A DNA stretch of 64,000 bases, taken from assembly GCF_009914755.1 (NCBI RefSeq), contig NC_060929.1; one strand, 5' to 3'. Source of the stretch: the human T2T-CHM13v2.0 reference genome, Homo sapiens. Of this stretch, positions 59,946-64,000 are shown piece by piece (the stretch's first letter is position 1; every line of letters begins with the position of its first letter). The notes beneath the pieces are model-generated. The model was not told where the DNA came from and searched no databases. It saw only the letters and a program-made list of their open reading frames with translations. A program made the translations under genes and the position numbers.

Positions 59946-60282
59946 CATGGTTTTCTTTCATTTGGTCATCACAACTTTAATGCATATCTTCCATGATGTG
60001 TCAGGGGGACTTTTTCGCATATGGTGCTTCCTGCAGGGGCAGCGGGAGATGCCACAGCCATTTGGTTCTAGCCAAGTCGGTGATTGGTGGAGTAACGTTG
60101 AGTGCCCTGCCCTTCACAGGCTCCAGCTGGCTTGGTCAGATCAGCAGGGCTCTGGGACCAAGCTGAGGGGCCAAGGTATCTTGGCTTCTGTGGAGTAGGG
60201 TGGCCATTGTGTAGCATCCTCCCTAGGAAGTCTGCTTGTGCTGAGGACAGGGGGTCCTGCTGGCCCATTGAGTCGTGGGACC

Positions 60283-60715
60283 TATATTAGATTTCTGTCA
60301 TCATAAACTTAGCAGCTTAGAACAACATAGATTTATTCTCTTGCAGTGCTGGAGGTCACAAGTCCAAAATCAGTCAAGGTGTTGGCGTTCCAGAGGTTTT
60401 AGGGGAGAATCTGTTGCTTTTCTCTTTTCACCTTCTGGTGGCCACCTGCCTTCCTTGGCTTGGGGCCTCTTCCTCCATCTCCAAAGCTCATCACTGCAGC
60501 CTCTGCTTCTGTCACCCCATCGCCTTCTCTGACTCGACTCTTCCTGCCTCCCTTATGATGAGACAGAGCCACCTGGGTAATGCAGAATCATTTCCCCATC
60601 TCCAGATCCTTGACTTAGTCACATCACAGAGTCCCTTTCACCATATAACTAACATTCATAGGTCCTAAGAATTCGGATACGGGCATCTTTGGGAGCCATT
60701 ATTCAGCCTAGCACA
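60283..60715 (-). mobile_element. MLT1C/D-like LTR
   Basis: aaacttagcagcttagaacaacatagatttattctc...ggaggtcacaagtccaaaatc...ggccacctgcc...catctttgggagccattattcagccta. Confidence 0.82.
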
Positions 60716-61602
60716 TGCCCCGCTCAGAGCAGGAGGTTGCAAATGTCCTTTGAACTTTGGTAGACCCCTAGCCCACAGCTGTCCCTGGAAGGCCATGGGC
60801 AGTGCTCAGGGTCTGAGGCCAGCCTTCCTCGGTGTGCATGTGAACACTACTCAATTTGAGGGCCACTTGCAGCCACCATTTGGCTTTTCCTCAATGCATT
60901 TGCCCCCACCCCGCTCCCCGCCCCCCGCAAAAGGGATCTTCAACAGCCTTTCCCAAAAAGAACATAGAAATGTGATCATGTACACATCTGTACACACATG
61001 AACAGATGTGATCACGAGATTTTGTAGAAATCACCCAGAGCTTGCTGTAGGACTCAGGGAGCTGGGTTTCAGCAACCTGTCTGAGAAGAATTCAAACACA
61101 TCTGTGATGAAAGGCCTGATGAGTTTCCATGGTGCTCTTCCCAGCTTTCTTCCTGAGAGGGTTCCTAACTTCTCTGAAGTCAAGTTGAGCGTCCACATCT
61201 AAAGCCCCAGGTAAGTTCATGGTGACCAGGACTCCAGTTAGTGGTTACTTGTCTATCTCCACAAGGATATTTCCTACAACAACAGGAGTTTGGGTACCTC
61301 CAGAAGAAATGCTTGGGCCTCAGCAACGGTGCCACATTTAAAGGTTGATGGGGGTCACTGGAGGTAGGTGGGGTCTCCAAACACAGCTTAGGGAACACTG
61401 GGATGGGTAGTGAGAGAGAGTGAAGGGAGGGCTGCATTGTGAACCTGCATCTTTCTAAAGAGAGGAAGCCTTTGGAAGGCACCTGAGGACTGAAGACAGG
61501 GAACCCAAGCTATTTCTAAACTGCCATGATTGATTGTATTGTGTGCAGGCAGCCTTTGCTTATGAATGAGCTAGGAAATTTAGCTGAAAATGTTACAAGC
61601 CG

Positions 61603-61944
61603 GGCTAGGCGCAGCGGCTCACATCTGTAATCCCAGTGCTTTGGGAGGCTGAGGCAAACAGATTGCTTGAGCCCAAAAGTTCAAGACCAGCCTGGGCAAC
61701 ATGGTGAAACCCCATCTCTACAAATAATACAAAAATTACCTGGGTTGGATGGTTCACACCTGTAGTTTAAGCTACCCAGGAGGCTGAGGCAGGAGGATCA
61801 CTTGAGCCCAGGAGGTTGAGGCTATAGTGAGCCACGATCACTCTACTGCACTCCAATCAGGGCTACAGAGTGAGACCCTGTCTCAAACAAGCAAGCAAAC
61901 AAACAAACAAACAAACACACAAACAGGCAAACAAAAACAAAGAC
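61603..61944 (+). mobile_element. AluJ with an (AAAC)n tail
   Basis: gattgcttgagccc...gcctgggcaacatgg...ggaggatcacttgagcccaggaggttgaggct; degenerate TSD gaaaatgttacaagc / gaaaatgataaaagc. Confidence 0.92.
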
Positions 61945-61978
61945 GAAAATGATAAAAGCATAACAGACTGGCTTATGC

Positions 61979-62357
61979 CATATCTTCATCCATTAGTGCT
62001 GCTATAACAAAATACTCCAGACTGGGTAATTTATAAAGAAGAGAATTTCATTTCTTACAGTTCTGGAGGCTGGGCAGTCCAAGATCAAGGCACTGGCACG
62101 GGTGTCTGGTAAGGGCTGCTCTCTGCTTCCTAGGTGGTGCCTTGTTGCCGCGTCCCCAGCCGGCAGAAGGAGGAAGGGCAGGAAGGACTTCAACTAGTTC
62201 CCTCCAGCCCTTTGAGAGGTCAGGAATCCATTCATGAGGGCTCTGCTCTCACGTCTTAATCACCTCCCAAAGTGCCTGAATGCCTTGTCTGTTAATACAA
62301 CCCCAGAGGGATTACATTTCATAGAAATTTTGGAGGGGACACCTTCAAATCATAGCA
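61979..62357 (-). mobile_element. MLT1A/MSTC-like LTR
   Basis: gctgctataacaaaatactccagactgggtaatttataaag...cagttctggaggctggg...ttcaaatcatagca. Confidence 0.85.
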
Positions 62358-62434
62358 AGCCGGAAAAAAAAAAAAAAAAAAGAAGAAGCAGAGAGAGAGA
62401 AGGTTTTTTTTTTTTTTTTTTTACACTCAAGTAT

Positions 62435-62880
62435 CTTTATAGATTTACAGAATTCATAGATAGAGCCTGCCTCCTTCAGGCACAGCTGGATCTGGAGGCC
62501 CAGATGTATCATCAGGTTTGCATCTCTCCCTTCTGCCACATTCCCATTAGCACCCTGTTAACTCTGGCTTGCTCCCTATCACTAAGCAGCCTCAGTAGAA
62601 AGAATGATGTTTTTCCCAGTAATTTAACAGAAGTTGTTGGGCTAATTCTCACTGGCTTGGTTTGGGCCACGTGACCATCCCCAAACCAATTCCCAGGTGG
62701 CAGGGAGGATGTGGTGCTCTGATTGGCTGGGTCTGGGTCCCATGTCCATCCGTGTAGCCAAGACCTGGGGTCAGATATGGCTGAACCACAGGCCTGAAAA
62801 AGGAGGAAGATTGGCTTCCCAAGAGAAGTTGGGTGCTGTTAACAGAAGATGAGGTGCAGATGCTGGTGAGGCAGCAAATG
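62435..62880 (-). mobile_element. MLT1K-like LTR
   Basis: ccttcaggcacagctggatctggagg...gctctgattggctgggtctgggtcccatgtcc. Confidence 0.55.
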
Positions 62881-64000
62881 CCCATGGGAACTTACAAAGT
62901 AGAAGAAAGGGCTTTATTAAAAGGCAACAATTATCTGTTAGATTGCTTGCTAGTAGAAGGAAGGGGCATATGTGTTGCTTTTACAAATCTTTCTAGAACA
63001 TTTTTTCAGAATCCTTAGTCCTGCTCCTTAGTTATGGGAGGACATATTCCATGAGACTTTAAGACAACTGGGATTATTTATTTAGTAAACCCTACAAAGA
63101 GAACAAGACACTAATTCTTTTTTTAAAAAAGACATTTGCAAGGTTTTAGAGTTCAGAGAATGATCTTTCCCAAGTGCTCTTCAGTGGACAAAATGAATAA
63201 AAATTTATATACATTGCTTATCAATGTATACAAATTATACCCAGAAATTCCATTCATTAAACTGCTCTCAAATGAGAGACATGGGAAGGGAGGTCCTGAT
63301 GCTCTTGGACACACAGGCTCTCCTGATGCTTTTAATAAGGGAGGCTTGTTCCAGCCAGTTGTTCTGGCTGTGGTCCAGTGAAGCTTGTTACATTCTATCA
63401 TCTCCCAAATTCCTCTTCAATTTCCTGTGAACTTTTTCCTTTTTTTCCCCATTCCTTTTATCTTTTTTTGAAATTTTAAAAATTCCATTTTCAGCATGAA
63501 TCTGCTTCCCGGCTATTTATAAGAGCTGTGTGCCACCAAGAGGTGACTGGTTTTTCAGAAAGAGACAGAAACATTTTGTTTTCTGTGCCCTTCCTGAACT
63601 TGAATGTGGAGTGAGATGTGACCAGACCCAAGGTTTCGCTCAGGTGCCACCGTGGCTAGAGGATGGCAGTAGCAGTTAGGACACATGGCAAGTAACAACA
63701 ACAATAACAAACAAAAATAAAAAATAAAGCAAACCAATACAAACAAACAAACTCCTCAAACTGGCTAACATGTTACAGGAATGTATTGGCTCCTGTAATT
63801 CAAATGTCTAGAGACTGTAGGGCTTCAGGCACAGTTTGATCAGGCTTCAGCATTGCTTCTCTCCATGAAAGGAGAGATTTTCATCTGTTTTATTCACTAA
63901 TGTAATTGAGGCACCTGGAAAAGTATCTGGAACAATAAATATTTTTTGGATGAACACAATTATCTCAACCTCTGCCTTTCTTTCTCTGTGAGTTGGTTTA

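Overview
This is human genomic DNA: it carries a near-consensus AluYa5 plus AluJ/S/Y, L1PA/L1M, L2, MIR, MaLR (THE1/MST/MLT1), ERVL LTR and DNA-transposon relics. It looks intronic or intergenic. I found no supportable protein-coding gene, RNA gene or CRISPR array; the supplied ORFs are chance or repeat-derived, and I could not identify the locus. Repeat families were recognised by eye against remembered consensus sequences, so subfamily names and the boundaries of old elements are approximate. I see no convincing new biological system. The most notable structures are: (1) a ~290 bp inverted duplication of an old L1 3' end whose arms share apparent non-consensus changes (55709-57023); (2) a compound 57/27 bp minisatellite with 168 bp higher-order structure (51662-52034); (3) a very young AluYa5 with a perfect 15 bp target-site duplication (TSD), forming an inverted Alu pair; (4) a TA-flanked Tc1/mariner relic retaining a decayed transposase C-terminus inside a long nested L2; (5) a few weak + strand exon candidates.
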